This document shows, piece by piece, positions 22,563-35,215 of a stretch of 48,128 bases of DNA. Below the pieces are notes generated by a model. That model had not been told where the DNA came from, searched no databases, and was given only the letters and a program-made list of their open reading frames with translations. Made by a program: the position numbers and the translations under genes. This DNA comes from Squalus acanthias. Its lineage: Eukaryota. Position 1 is the stretch's first letter; each line of letters starts with the position of its first letter. Location: contig JASTWF010000034.1 of assembly GCA_030390025.1 (NCBI GenBank), positions 6,076,001-6,124,128 of the forward strand. The letters are read 5' to 3'.

Positions 22563-23183
22563 AGTAAAGCTTCCTCTAAACTGTCCCATCAAACACTCCC
22601 AGGGCAGGTTCAGACCACGTCTGATACAGAGTAATGCTCCCTCTACACTGTCCCATCAAACTTTCCCAGGGCAGGTATAGCGGGAGTTAGAAACAGAGCA
22701 CAGCTCCCTCTACACTATCCCATCAAACACTTCCAGGACACATTCAGACCATGTGTGATACAGAGTAAAGCTCCCTTTACACTGTCCCATCAAACCCGTC
22801 CAGGACAGGGAGAACAGGAGTTCGAAAGAGTAAAGCTCCCTCTATACTGTCCAATCAAACACTCCCAGGGCAGGTGCAGCACGGATTAGATACAGATTAA
22901 AGCTCCCTCTAATCTGTCCCAATAAACGCTCCAAGGGCAGGTGCAGCACGGATTAGATACAGATGAAAGCTGCCTCTACACTGTTCCATCAAATCACTCC
23001 CAGCACACGTATAATACGGGTTAAATGCAGAATAAAGCTGCCTGTATACTGTCCCATCAAACCCTTCCAGGACAGGCACAACAAGAGTTAGAGACAGAGT
23101 TAAGCTCCCTCTACGGCGTCCCATTAACACTCGCAGGGCAGGTACAGTACATGTTAGATACAGCATAAAGCTCCCTCACTAAA

Positions 23184-24968
23184 AGGAGACACACCGCGGG
23201 CCACACTCAATGGAAGGAGACACCGCGGGACACACTCACTGGAAGTAGGCACACCGCGGGACACACTCACTGGACGGAGACACACCGCGGGACAGAATCA
23301 CTGGAAGGAGAAACACCGCGGGACAGATTCACTGGAAGGAGACACACCGCGGGACACACTCACTGGAAGGAGACACACCGCGGGACACACTCACTGGAAG
23401 GAGACACACCGCGGGACACACTCACTGGAAGGAGACACACCGCGGGACACACTCACTGGAAGGAGACACACCGCGGGACACACTCACTGGAAGGAGACAC
23501 ACCGCGGGACACACTCACTGGAAGGAGAAACCACGGGACACACTCACTGGAAGGAGGCACACCGCGGGACACTCTCACTGGAAGGAGACACACCGCGGGA
23601 CACTCTCACTGGAAGGAGACACACCGCGGGACACACTCACTGGAAGGATACACACCGCGGGACACACTCACTGGAAGGAGACACACCGCGGGACACACTC
23701 ACTGGAAGGAGGCACACCGCGGGACACACTCACTGGAAGGAGGCACACCGCGGGATACACTCACTGGAAGGAGACACACCTCGGGACACACTCACTGGAA
23801 GGAGACACACCTCGGGACACACTCACTGGAATGAGACACACCTCGGGACACACTCACTGGAAGGAGACACACCGCGGGACACTCACTGGAAGGAGACACA
23901 CCGCGGGACACACTCACTGGAAGGAGACACACCGCGGGACAGACTCACTGGAAGGAGACACACCGCGGGACACACTCACTGGAAGGAGACACACCGCGGG
24001 ACACACTCACTGGAAGGAGACACACCGCGGGACACACTCACTGGAAGGAGACACACCGCGGGACACACTCACTAGAAGTAGACACACCGCGGGACACACT
24101 CACTAGAAGGAGACACCCCGCGGGCCACACGCACTGGAAGTAGACACACCGCGGGACACACTCACTGGAAGGAGACACACCTCGGTACACACTCACTGGA
24201 AGGAGACACACCGCGGGACACACTCACTGGAAGGAGACACACCGCGGGACACACTCACTGGAAGGAGACACACCGCGGGACACACTCACTAGAAGTAGAC
24301 ACACCGCGGGACACACTCACTGGAAGGAGACACCCCGCGGGCCACACGCACTGGAAGTAGACACACCGCGGGACACACTCACTGGAAGGAGACACACCGC
24401 GGGACACACTCACTGGAAGGAGACACACCTCGGGACACACTCACTGGAAGGAGACACACCTCGGTACACACTCACTGGAAGGAGACACACCGCGGGACAC
24501 AGTCACTGGAAGGAGACACACCGCGGGACACAGTCACTGGAAGGAGACACACCGCGGGACACACTCACTGGAAGGAGACACACCGCGGGACAGACTCACT
24601 GGAAGGAGACACACCGCGGGACAGACACACTGGAAGGAGACACACCGCGGGACACACTCACTGGAAGGAGACACACCGCAGGACAGACTCACTGGAAGGA
24701 GACACACCGCGGGACAGACTCACTGGAAGGAGACACACCGCGGGACAGACTCACTGGAAGGAGACACACCGCGGGACAGACACACTGGAAGGAGTCACAC
24801 CGCGGGACACACTCACTGGAAGGAGACACACCGCGGGACAGACACACTGGAAGGAGACACACTGCCGGACACACTCACTGGAAGGAGACGCACCGCCGGA
24901 CACACTCACTGGAAGGGCACACCCCGCGGGCCACACTCACTGGAAATAGACACACCGCGGGACACACG
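23184..24968 (+). repeat. 31-bp CpG-containing minisatellite (ggaaggagacacaccgcgggacacactcact), about 57 units
   Basis: Highly homogeneous tandem periodicity. Confidence 0.97.
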
Positions 24969-24969
24969 A

Positions 24970-27900
24970 TGAGAAGAGCGGGGCCCAGGGGCGAGGGAGG
25001 GGCCCGGGGGCGAGGTCGATGCCCAGGAATGGCGCAGCGGGGTCGGGAGGACCACACTGCAGCCTATAAAGCCCAGGCAGAGAGGACCTGCGGGAAGAGG
25101 GAGGAGGACAGTAGGAGTGGGTTTGTGTGTGTGTGCTCGGCCGATGTAGCAGAGCCGGGTCTCCAATCGTCTTGGATCCCCTTGCCATTGGACCAAGACC
25201 TTGCTCTGTCAAGCCTGCGTGGTAGCTGGTGTGCAACGGCCACCCCACGTTAAAAGAATTAACGCACAGGCATCTTCCACCCTTTAAAATGAATCTCGGG
25301 ACCTGGAACATCAGGACACTCATGGACACGCCCAACAGCGACAGACTGGAACGCCATTGTGCTAACGTTGCCCGGGAGCTCAGACGTTTCGACATAGACA
25401 TCACCGCCCTAAGCGAGACCCAGTGGCCAGAGGAAGGCCAGCTCAAGGAGCAAGGCTGTGGTTACACCTTCTTCTGGAAAGGCAAACCTGAAGAAGAACG
25501 CCGCCTCCATGGGGTAGGTGTCGCCATAAAAAATGAGCTAGTTAAACGTCTCAGAGACTCCACTTGTGGAATAAACGAACGCCTCATCACTCATGGCTCA
25601 ACCTAGCCCGGAACCAGTGCGCTACGGTCATCAGTGCATCCGCCACAACACTGGAAGCCACAGACAAGACCAAAGAGGAATTCTACTCCAGCCTCGAACA
25701 ATCCCTGTCCCGAGTCCCAATGGGCGACAAGCTGATCCCCCTTGGCGACTTCAACACCAGAGGTGGAAAGGACACAGACCTCTGTGGAAGTGTGATCGGC
25801 AGAGAGGGGGTAGGGAAAGCCAACTCCAATGGTAGCCTCCTCCTGACGAAATGCTAAGAACATGGCCTTGTCATAACCAACACCTTGTTCCGTCAGAGAG
25901 ACAAGTACAAGGCTTCATGGCAACACCCTCGCTCCAAGCACTGGTATCTGTTGGACTACGTCATCGCCCGAGCGAGGGACCGCAAGGACGTCCGCATCAC
26001 CTGTGCCATGACAGGAGCTGACGACTGCTGGACAGCGCACTGCCTAATCAGCTCTGTCATCTCCATCAACGTAGCCCCAAAACAGCGGCGGCAACAGATG
26101 CAATGCCGCAGGAAAATCAACGCTGGAGCACTCAAAGACCCTGCTAAGAAAGCCCTATTCAGCCTGCGCCTCACAACCAACCTGACGACTCCCAGTGATT
26201 CAGAGACACAGAGTGTCCACGGCGCCTGGTCTGCACTCAAGGCCTCCATAATCAGCACCTGCGAAGAGACGCTCGGTCACTCGACCAGGAAAAATCAAGA
26301 CTGGTTCAACAAGAACGACCAGGAGATCCAGGAGCTAATAAGTCGCAAGGGCAAGGCATTGCTGATCTGGAAACAGTAACAGAACTCGAGAGCCAGAAAG
26401 CAGCTCTACAGACATTGAAGGCCGAGGTCCAACAAAAAACTCGCGACCTAAGAACAGATGGTGGGTGGAGAAAGCGCAGGAGATCCAGCAGCTGGCCGAC
26501 AACCACGACGTGCGTGGATTCTTTAGCGCATTCAAGACCACCTACTGCCCAAGCACCCATGGTCCTACCCCACTGCGGGCTAAGAATGGAGAGGTACTCA
26601 TCAAGGACAGAGAGGCAGACAGTGCCCGCTGGAAGGAGCACTTCGAAGATCTCCTTAACCGAAACTCTGTCTTCGATGCGAGTGTCCTCAACTCCATCCC
26701 GCAGCATGCTACCCGCAACCACCTCAGCACAACCTCAGTCCGGCATGAGGTTGAAAAGGCCATCCGACAACTGAAGAACTACAAGGCCTCAGGAGCAGAT
26801 GGAATCCCCGCCGAGGCGCTAAAACATGGTGAAGAAGTACTATTGGTGCGAATACATGAACTAATTTCTCTTATTTGGAAGGAGGAGAGCATGCCAGGGG
26901 ATCTCAGAGACGCCGTAATCGTGACCATCTTCAAGAAAGGTGACAAGTCTGATTGTGGTAATTACAGAGCAGTCTCCCTGCTGTCTGCCACAGGGAAAGT
27001 CAGCGGAAGAATCCTCCTCAATCGCCTTCTCCCAGTGGCTGAAGAGCTCCACCCAGAGTCGCAATGCAGATTACGCCCACTAAGGGGCACAATGAACATG
27101 ATCTTCACCGCGCGTCAACTACAAGAGAAATGCAGGGAACAGCACCAACCGCTGTACATGGTCTTCTTTGACCTCATAAAGGCCTTCGACACCATCAACC
27201 ATGAGGGATTATGGAGTATCCTCCTCAAATTCAGCTGCCCTCAAAAGTTTGTCACCATCCTCCGCCTGCTTCACGACAACATTCAAGCTGTAATCCTGAC
27301 AAACAGATCCACCAGAGACCCAATTCATGTACGGACCGGGGTCAAGCAAGGCTGTGTCATCGCAACAACGCTCTTCTCGTTCTTCCTGGCTGCAATGCTC
27401 CATCTCACCCTCAGTAAGCTCCCCGCCGGAGTGGAGCTAATCTACAGAACAAATGGGAAACTGTTCAAACTCCATCGCCTCCAGTCCAGATCCAAGGTCG
27501 TTCCATCCTCTGTCATCGAATTACAGTATGCAGACGACGCTTGCATCTGTGCTCACTCAGCAGTCGAACTCTAAACCATCGTCAACATCTTCACCGAAGC
27601 GTACGAGAGCATGGGCCTTACGCTAAACATCCGTAAGACAAAGGTCCTCCACCAACCCGCCACAAGTACTGCTCCCCCATTATCAAAATCCATGACGAGG
27701 CCTTGGACAACGTGGACCACTTTCCATATCTTGGGAGCCTACCGTCAACAAGGGGAGACGTCGATGACAAAGTCCAACACCGCCTTCAGTTTGCCAGTGC
27801 AGCCTTCGGTCGCCTGAGGAAGAGAATGTTTAAAGACCAGGACCTCAAACCCAGCCCCAAGCTCATGGTCTACAGAGCAGTAGTGATACCCAACCTCCTG

Positions 27901-28518
27901 TAGGCTTCAGAGACATGCACCACGTACAGCAGGTACCTCAAAGCACTGGAGAGGTACCACCAATGCTGCCTCCGCAAGATCCTGCAAAACCATTGGCAAG
28001 ATAGGCGCACCAACTTCAGCGTTCTCACTCAGGCCAACATCCCCAGCATCGAAGCTTTGACCACGCTCGATCATCTCCGATGGCCGGGCCACATCGTCCG
28101 CATGCCCGATAAGAGACTTCCAAAATTAGCGCTCTACTCGGAGCTCCGGCACGGCAAGAGAGCCACAGGTGGGCAGAGGAAACGCTTCAAGGACACTCTC
28201 AAAGCCTTCTTGAAAAAGTGCAATATCCCCAGCGATACCTGGGAATCCCCGGCCGAAGACCGCACAAAGTGGAGGAAAAGCATCCGGGAAGGCGCCGAAT
28301 ACTTCGAGTCTCTTCGCCGGGAGCAAGCGGAAGCCAAGCGCAAACAGCGTAAGGAGCGCACGTCAACCCAAGCACCCCACACACCCGCCCCTTCAACCAC
28401 CGTATGCCCCACCTGTAACAGAGACTGTAGGTCCCGCATTGGACTCATCAGTCACCTGAGAACTCATTTTTAGTGTGGAAGCAAGTCATCCTCATTTCCG
28501 AGGGACTGCCTAAGAAGA
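24970..28518 (+). mobile_element. Near full-length RTE-clade LINE (APE endonuclease, RT, C-terminal C2H2 finger), inactivated
   Basis: MNLGTWNIRTL, ALSET, LGDFN, WQHPRSKHWYLLDY, GVKQGCV, YADD, CPTCNRDCRSRIGLISHLRTH, tail gagggactgcctaagaag; several stops and frameshifts. Confidence 0.95.
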
Positions 28519-28520
28519 CG

Positions 28521-28660
28521 ACTCTGTGACTCCATCTGTGGAGTCCCTAAGTATAGACCCACTCTGTGACTCCCCCTGTGGAGTCCCTAAGTATAGACAT
28601 ACTCTGTGACTCCATCCGTGGAGTCCCGAAGTATAGACCCACTCTGTGACACCCTCTGTG
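28521..28660 (+). repeat. 40-bp tandem repeat, about 3.5 units
   Basis: actctgtgac recurs at 28521, 28561, 28601 and 28641. Confidence 0.9.
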
Positions 28661-29049
28661 TGAGTGTGCGATTCATTCTGTTTATGTCAGTCTCTGGTGC
28701 GGTGTATGAGTGTGCGATTCCTTCTGTATCTGACAATCTCGGATACTGTGGGATCCCTTGCCTTGTCAGCCCTTCCGAAACGCATAACCTCACAATTCTC
28801 CAGAATGAATTCCATTTGCCCCTTTTCTGCACAACTGACCAGTCCAGTGATTTCTTCCTGCATATATCATGCGTTATACACAGACTAAAGCTTCCATTAG
28901 ACTGCCCAATCAGACAGTCAAAGGGCAGGTAAAGCAGGGGTAAGATAGAGAGATGCAAAGTAAAGCTTCCTCTACAATGGAAACCCAAAACACTCTCTGG
29001 GCAGGCACGGAATGGGTGGCGTACAGAGTAAAGCTCCCACTAATTTGGT

Positions 29050-29585
29050 TCAGCCGAGCCTGATGCGAGATGTTGACCAGCTCCCAGTATCTGGTTAGAC
29101 TCTCACATTGGAAAAATCCTGGACTGATGGGATTCTCAGTAAAGTTCCTCACCTTTCCAATCATTGTTGAAGCTTCCTGTTTTTACCCTTTTCCGAAAAT
29201 GGGGATCTCGGTCCCGCCGGATATGCTCTGTGAACCTAGCAACATTTCTCCAGTCCCAGTCAGTGAGGCGATGATTCGACTTCTCTCTCTCTCCACCTTC
29301 CTGAGATATTGCTCACTCCCAGAGACTGTCAATAGAAACATGATTCATATTAATCCCAGAATCTGTAACTGGAATACAGTGGGACTGTTTTTGTGACTGA
29401 TTATATTTAATTTGACTAAACTCACTGCCAGTGTCAGCTGTCACTCCAGCTCCTCCCAAACCGACATCCCACTGATGGGCCGTAACCAGGGGCGGAAACC
29501 TGACTCCAGGTGACATCACAAAGGAACCGGGAGCCAATCACACAGCAGCCGGGAATAATGACACAGAGCGGCCATAGCCCCTCCA
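29050..29585 (-). other. Copy 1 of a triplicated promoter plus 5' exon cassette of an unidentified gene
   Basis: Near-identical to 35968-36590 and 43450-44060; acceptor ctattgacag, donors AAG|GTGAGG and GTGAGA, upstream donor GCA|GTGAGT. Confidence 0.7.
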
Positions 29586-30882
29586 AAGTCAACATGGATT
29601 TACAAAAGGTAAATCGTGCTTGACGAATCGACTGGAATTTTTTGAGGATGTAACTGGTAAAATAGATATGGGAGAACCAGTGGATGTGATGTATTTGGAC
29701 TTTCAAAAGGCTTTTGATAAGGTCCCGCATAAGAGATTAGCGTGTAAAGTTAAGGCACATGGGATTGGGGGGCAAGGTATTGACTTGGATAGAGAACTGG
29801 TTGGCAGACAGAAAGCAAAGCGTTGGAATAAACTAGTCTTTTTCCGAGTGGCAGGCAGTGACTAGTGGGGTACCGCAGGGATCGGTCCTTGGACCCCAGC
29901 TATTCACAATATATATTGAATGATCTAGACAAGGGAACTAGATGTAATATCTCCAAGTTTGCAGACGACACAAAGCTGGGTGGGCGTGTGTGCTGTGAGG
30001 AGGATGCCGAGAAAGTCCAGGATGATTTGGACAGGTTGGGTGATTGGGCAGAAGCACGGCAGATGCACTATAACGTGGATAAATGCGAGGTTATCCACTT
30101 TGGTGTCAAAAACAGGAAGGCAGATTATTATCTGAATGGCAATGGATTGGGAGAAGGTGAAGTGTAACGAGAACTGGGTGTCCTTGTGCACCAGTCGCTG
30201 AAGGTAAGCATGCAGGTGCAGCAGGCGGTTAAGAAGGCAAATGGATGTTGGCCTTCGGAGCGAGAGGGTTTGAGTGCAGGAACAAGGATATCTTGCTGCA
30301 GTTGTACAGGGCCTTGGTAAGACCACATCTTGAGTATTGTGTGCAGTTTTGGTCGCCTTATCTGAGGAAGGAGGTTCTTGCCATGGAAGGAGTTCAGCGA
30401 AGATTCACCACGCGGATACCTGGGATGGCAGGAATGACGTATGAGGAGAGATTGGGTCGATTGGGATTATACTCGCTGGAGTTTATAAGAATGAGAGGGG
30501 ATCTCATTGAAACTTATAAAATTCTGACAGGACTGGACAGACTAGATGCAGGAAGGATGTTCCCGATGGTCGGGGAGTCCAGAATCAGGGGTCACAGTCT
30601 AAGGATAAGGGGTAAGACATTTAGGACAGAAATTAGGAGGAATTTCTTCACCCAGAGAGTGGTGAACCTGTGGAATTCTCTACCACAGAAGGCAGTAGAG
30701 GCCAATTCATTAAATATATTCAAGAAGGAGTTGGATGTATTTCATAAGGCTAAAGGGATCAAGCGATATGGGGAGAAAGCAGAGACAGGGTTCTGAATTT
30801 GGATGATCAGCCATGATCGCGTTAAATGGTGGAGCAGGCTCGAGGGGCCGAATGGCCTGCTCCTGCTCCTATCTTCCATGTT
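29586..30882 (+). mobile_element. CR1 RT to 3' end fragment
   Basis: [33 protein letters not shown], 3' hairpin ggccgaatggcc. Confidence 0.95.
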
Positions 30883-30883
30883 T

Positions 30884-31352
30884 CCCCCACTCTACAATAC
30901 AGAGCTCCCTCTACATTACTCCGAAAGTGTACCCCCACTTTATACCCAGTGTGAGCATCGAATGCTCCCAGGGCAGATACAATACAGAGCTCCCTCTACA
31001 TTACCCTGACAGTGTACCCCCACTTTATACCCAGTGACAGCATCGTGCACTCCCAGGGCAGATACAATGTAGAGCTCCCTCTACATTACCCTGAGAGTGT
31101 ACCCCCACTTTACACCCAGTTTCAGCATCGAGCACACCCTGGGCAGTTATAATACAGAGCTCCCTTTACATTACCCTGACAGTGTACCCCCACTTTATAC
31201 CCAGTGTCAGCATCGTGCACTCCCAGGGCAGGTACAATACAGAGCTCCCTCTACATTACCCTGAGAGTGTACCCCCACTTTATACCCAGTGTCAGCATCG
31301 AGTGCTCCCAGGGTTGGTACAGTACAGAGCTCCCTCTACATTACCCTGACAT
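30884..31352 (+). repeat. 85-bp tandem repeat related to the 67-bp satellite, about 5.5 units
   Basis: agagctccct at 30901, 30986, 31071; shares ctccctctaca and ctcccagggcaggtaca with the 67-mer. Confidence 0.88.
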
Positions 31353-31571
31353 TACCACTGTTGCTCCCTCCCGCTCCATACCATTTCTGTTCCTGACTCT
31401 GCTCCAGCTTGGGTTCCCCAGCCACAGTTCCTCTGCCGTTTGTTCCAGGTAGTCCAGGGTCCACTTTGCTGGACAGGTCACAGCGGAGTCTAAGAGTAGA
31501 GGAAGGTTCAGAGGTCAAACACCATTTAAAGTCAAACAATCAGAGCGGCCGTAATCACCCTCAGGACCTTA

Positions 31572-33288
31572 ACCACAATGTCCAGTATCAGTGACCTGTA
31601 CCCACAATGCCCAGTGTCAGTGGTCCTGTACCCACAATGCCCAGGGTCAGTGGCCCTGTACCCACAATGTCCAGTGTCAGTGACCCTGTACCCACAATGC
31701 CCAGGGTCAGTGACCCTGTACCCACAACGCCCAGTGTCAGTGGCCCTGTACCCACAATGCCCAGTGTCAGTGACCTGTACCCACAATGCCCAGGGCGAGT
31801 AACTCTGTACCCACAATGCCCAGTGTCAGTGAGTCTGTACCCACAATGCCCAGTGTCAATGACCCTGTACCCACAATGCCCAGTGTCAATGATCCTGTGC
31901 CCACTATGCCCGGGCTCAGTGACTCGGTACCCACAATGCCCAGTGTCAATGATTCTGTACCCACAATGTCCAGTGTCAGTGACCCTGTACCCACAAAGCC
32001 CGGGGTCAGTGACTCTGTATCTACAATGCCCAGTGTCAATGACCCTGTACCCACAATGCCCAGTGTCAGTGACTCTGTACCCACAATGCCCGGGGTCATT
32101 GACTCTGTATCTACAATGCCCAGTGTCAGTGACCCTGTACCCACAATGTCCAGTGTCAGTGACCCTGTAGCCACAATGCCCGGGGTCAGTGACTCTGTAT
32201 CTACAATGCCCAGTGTCAATGACCCTGTACCCACAATGCCCAGTGTCAATGGCTCTGTACCCACAATGTCCAGTGTCAGTGACCCTGTAGCCACAATGCC
32301 CGGGCTCAGTGACGCTGTATCCACAATGCCCAGTGTTAGTGACTCTGTACCCACAATGCCCGGGGTCAGTGGCCCTGTACCCACAATGCCCAGTGTCAAT
32401 TATCCTGTGCCCACAATGCCCGGGGTCAGTGACTCTGTACCCACAATGCCCAGTGTCAATGACCCTGTACCCAAATTGCCCGGGGTCAGTGGCCCTGTAC
32501 CCACAATGTCCAGTGTCAGTGGCCCTGTACCCACAATGCCCAGTGTCAGTGACCCTGTACCCACAATGCCCAGGGTCAGTGACCCTGTACCCACAATGCC
32601 CAGTGTCAGTGGCCCTGTACCCACAATGCCCAGTGTCAGTGACCTGTACCCACAATGCCCAGTGTCAGTGACTCTGTACCCACAATGCCCGGGGTCATTG
32701 ACTCTGTATCTACAATGCCCAGTGTCAGTGACCCTGTACCCACAATGTCCAGTGTCAGTGACCCTGTAGCCACAATGCCCGGGGTCAGTGACTCTGTATC
32801 TACAATGCCCAGTGTCAATGACCCTGTACCCACAATGCCCAGTGTCAATGGCTCTGTACCCACAATGTCCAGTGTCAGTGACCCTGTAGCCACAATGCCC
32901 GGGCTCAGTGACGCTGTATCCACAATGCCCAGTGTTAGTGACTCTGTACCCACAATGCCCGGGGTCAGTGGCCCTGTACCCACAATGCCCATTGTCAATT
33001 ATCCTGTGCCCACAATGCCCGGGGTCAGTGACTCTGTACCCACAATGCCCAGTGTCAATGACCCTGTACCCAAATTGCCCGGGGTCAGTGGCCCTGTACC
33101 CACAATGTCCAGTGTCAGTGGCCCTGTACCCACAATGCCCAGTGTCAGTGACCCTGTACCCACAATGCCCAGGGTCAGTGACCCTGTACCCACAATGCCC
33201 AGTGTCAGTGGCCCTGTACCCACAATGCCCAGTGTCAGTGACCTGTACCCACAATGCCCAGGGCGAGTGACTCTGTACCCACAATGCT
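31572..33288 (+). repeat. 30-bp minisatellite (ccctgtacccacaatgcccagtgtcagtga), about 57 units, with a roughly 599-bp higher-order duplication; intronic to the PEX5 pseudogene
   Basis: 10-aa periodicity; ORFs at 32309 and 32908 are almost identical. Confidence 0.95.
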
Positions 33289-33756
33289 GAGTGGCCCGTC
33301 CACATACCGGTCACCTGGGCGATGAACTCCATTGACCAATCGGCTTCACTGTCGGCCTGCGATGTGTCTGCCGTCGGCTCGGTGGCCAGAAACTCCTCGA
33401 CCCAGGTCGCCGAAATCGCCAGGTCTGCCACAACGGGGGCTTGTGGTGTGAAAACAGGGCCCGAATCCGGGAAGGAAACACCCAGGCTCCATCTCCGGCC
33501 TGTGCTGATTTGACCCTCTGCACCCAGGGGTGATCTTACCTCACTGCTAAGCCTGTCAAAGCCTTCAGTTCTCAACCTCCTGCATCTCCGCCAGCAGGTC
33601 GTCCATCTTGAACGTGTGGGGTGCGCGGGGCAGCAGCGGGCCATTCTGCTCAGTCACGAACTCCGAGACTAACTGCAAGAGAGAGAGGCGGCAATTAGAC
33701 CCACACAATGATGGGTGCCCACCCCTGAAATATCCCCATCCGGAGTGGGTACTGAG

Positions 33757-33920
33757 ATCCCCCCACACACAGAGCAGGAAAGGCCCAGGCTCCATCCCCG
33801 GCCTGTGCTGAGTTAGCCTGATCTCCCCCGGTGAGGGACTGTGACCCCCACACACAGAGCAGGAAAGGCCCAGGCTCCATCCCGGCCTGTGCTGAGTTAG
33901 CCTGATTCTCCCCGGTGAAT
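33757..33920 (+). repeat. Roughly 86-bp direct duplication within a PEX5 intron (partial third copy at about 33480-33510)
   Basis: cccccacacacagagcaggaaaggcccaggctccatccc...gtga occurs twice. Confidence 0.8.
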
Positions 33921-34164
33921 GGAGCCTGGATTACAGGCTGACACAATAACCATCTTTGTCCTCTCAGGCAGATCCCAGTGGCTTGGAGACCTGGAATATG
34001 GCATGGACTGGTTGGGCCGAATGGCCTGTTATCGTCAAAGAGACATTTTATAATTCTGAGCGAGAGGGATTGAGAGAGAGAGGCATAGGAGGCGTAAATA
34101 TTATAGTTATAGTCATAGATTTGCATTACTGATTGATATTATTTATTATCTATTTCTAATAGCT

Positions 34165-35215
34165 CTTTAATGGGCATATAATTGGCAAATGAAATTTAAC
34201 ACAGATGAATCTGAGGTGTTACATTTTGGTAAGAAATGTAGAGACGTCACATATTACTTGGAAAATAAGAATCTAAATGGGGTAGAGGAGCAAAGGAATC
34301 TCGGAGTACAAATACACAAATCACTGAAAGTAGCGACACAGGTTAATAAGGCCATAAAAAGCAAACCAATCACTCGGGTTTATATCTGGAAAGGTAGAAT
34401 TGAAAAGTAGTGAATTTATGCTAAACTTGTATCGAACCTTGTTTAGACCACACTTGGAAAACTGTGTACAGTTCTGGTCGCTGTATTCTAAAAAGGATAG
34501 AGGCACTGGAGAGGGTGCAGAGAAGATTTACATGGATAATACCAGAAAAGCTAGGGTGACTTAGAAGTATATCGCCGATCCTTCATCGTCGCTGGGTTAA
34601 AATCCTGGAACTCCCTACCTAACAGCACTGTGGGAGTACCATCACCACACGGACTGCAGCGGTTCAAGAAGGCGGCTCACCACCACCTTCTCAAGGGCAA
34701 CTCGGAATGGGCAATAAATGCTGGCCTTGCCAGCGGCGCCCAGATCCCTTAAACGAATAAAACAAAATACATATCAGGAACGGATGAAAACGTTGGGTCT
34801 CCTTTCTCTTGAAGGCTGAGGGGTGACCTGATAAAGCTCTTTAAAATGAGGAAAGGTTTTGATGGAGTGGATACAGAGAGAATGTTTCCACTTGTGGGGA
34901 ACAGCAAAATTAGAGGCCATCAATATAAGGTAGTCACCAAGAAATCAAATAGGGAATTCAGAAGAAACCTCTTTACCCAGAGAGTGGTGAGAATGTGGAA
35001 CTCGCTACCACAGGGAGTGGTTGAAGCGAATAGTATTGATGCATTTAAGGGGCAGTTAGAAAGGCATATGTGGGAGAAGGGAATAGAGGGTTACGCTGAT
35101 AGAATTAGATGAGGTAAGACGTGAGGAGGCTCGAGTGGAGCATAAACGCTGGCCTGGACTGGTTGGGCCGAATGGCCTGGTTCTGTGCTTTATACCCCAT
35201 GTAATCCTCTGTTAC
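34165..35215 (+). mobile_element. CR1 3' fragment split by another retroelement 3' end (34555-34765)
   Basis: MKFNTDESEVLHFG, FTQRVVRMWNSLPQ, ggccgaatggcc hairpin. Confidence 0.88.

Larger units (their letters stand above)
16530..23178 (+). repeat. 67-bp satellite (ctccctctacactgtcccatcaaacactcccagggcaggtacagcacgggttagatacagagtaaag) array with four retroelement insertions
   Basis: Period of 67 measured between 21185 and 21252; repeats throughout the interval. Confidence 0.95.
31382..33990 (-). pseudogene. PEX5: Unprocessed PEX5 (PTS1 receptor) pseudogene fragment, four exons: 33990-33955, 33672-33540, 33439-33308, 31489-31382
   Basis: Spliced translation VSKPLGSA*EDK / [40 protein letters not shown] / APVVADLAISATWVEEFL...EADWSMEFIAQVT / DSAVTCPAKWTLDYLEQTAEELWLG(frameshift)EPKLEQSQEQKW parallels the recalled vertebrate PEX5 N-terminus, including WxxxF/Y motifs; AG/GT boundaries present except the first donor. 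Confidence 0.92.

Noticed and set aside
16530..24968. Regular arrays resembling CRISPR repeats
   Set aside because: Head-to-tail units without unique spacers, no cas genes, vertebrate context.
25064..25071. TATA box (CTATAAA) of a host gene
   Set aside because: Lies within the apparent RTE leader, with no host exon downstream.
25289..28473. Active or domesticated RTE ORF
   Set aside because: Several stops and frameshifts split the ORF.
29235..29246. CCTAGCAACA, matching the MHC class II X1 box core
   Set aside because: Present in only one of three copies, within the exon, with no adjacent X2 or Y box.
31588..33290. Mucin-like or Cys/Gly-rich ORFs of 200-400 aa
   Set aside because: 30-bp minisatellite open in several frames; only the short PEX5 exon inside ORF 32400..33644 has real homology.
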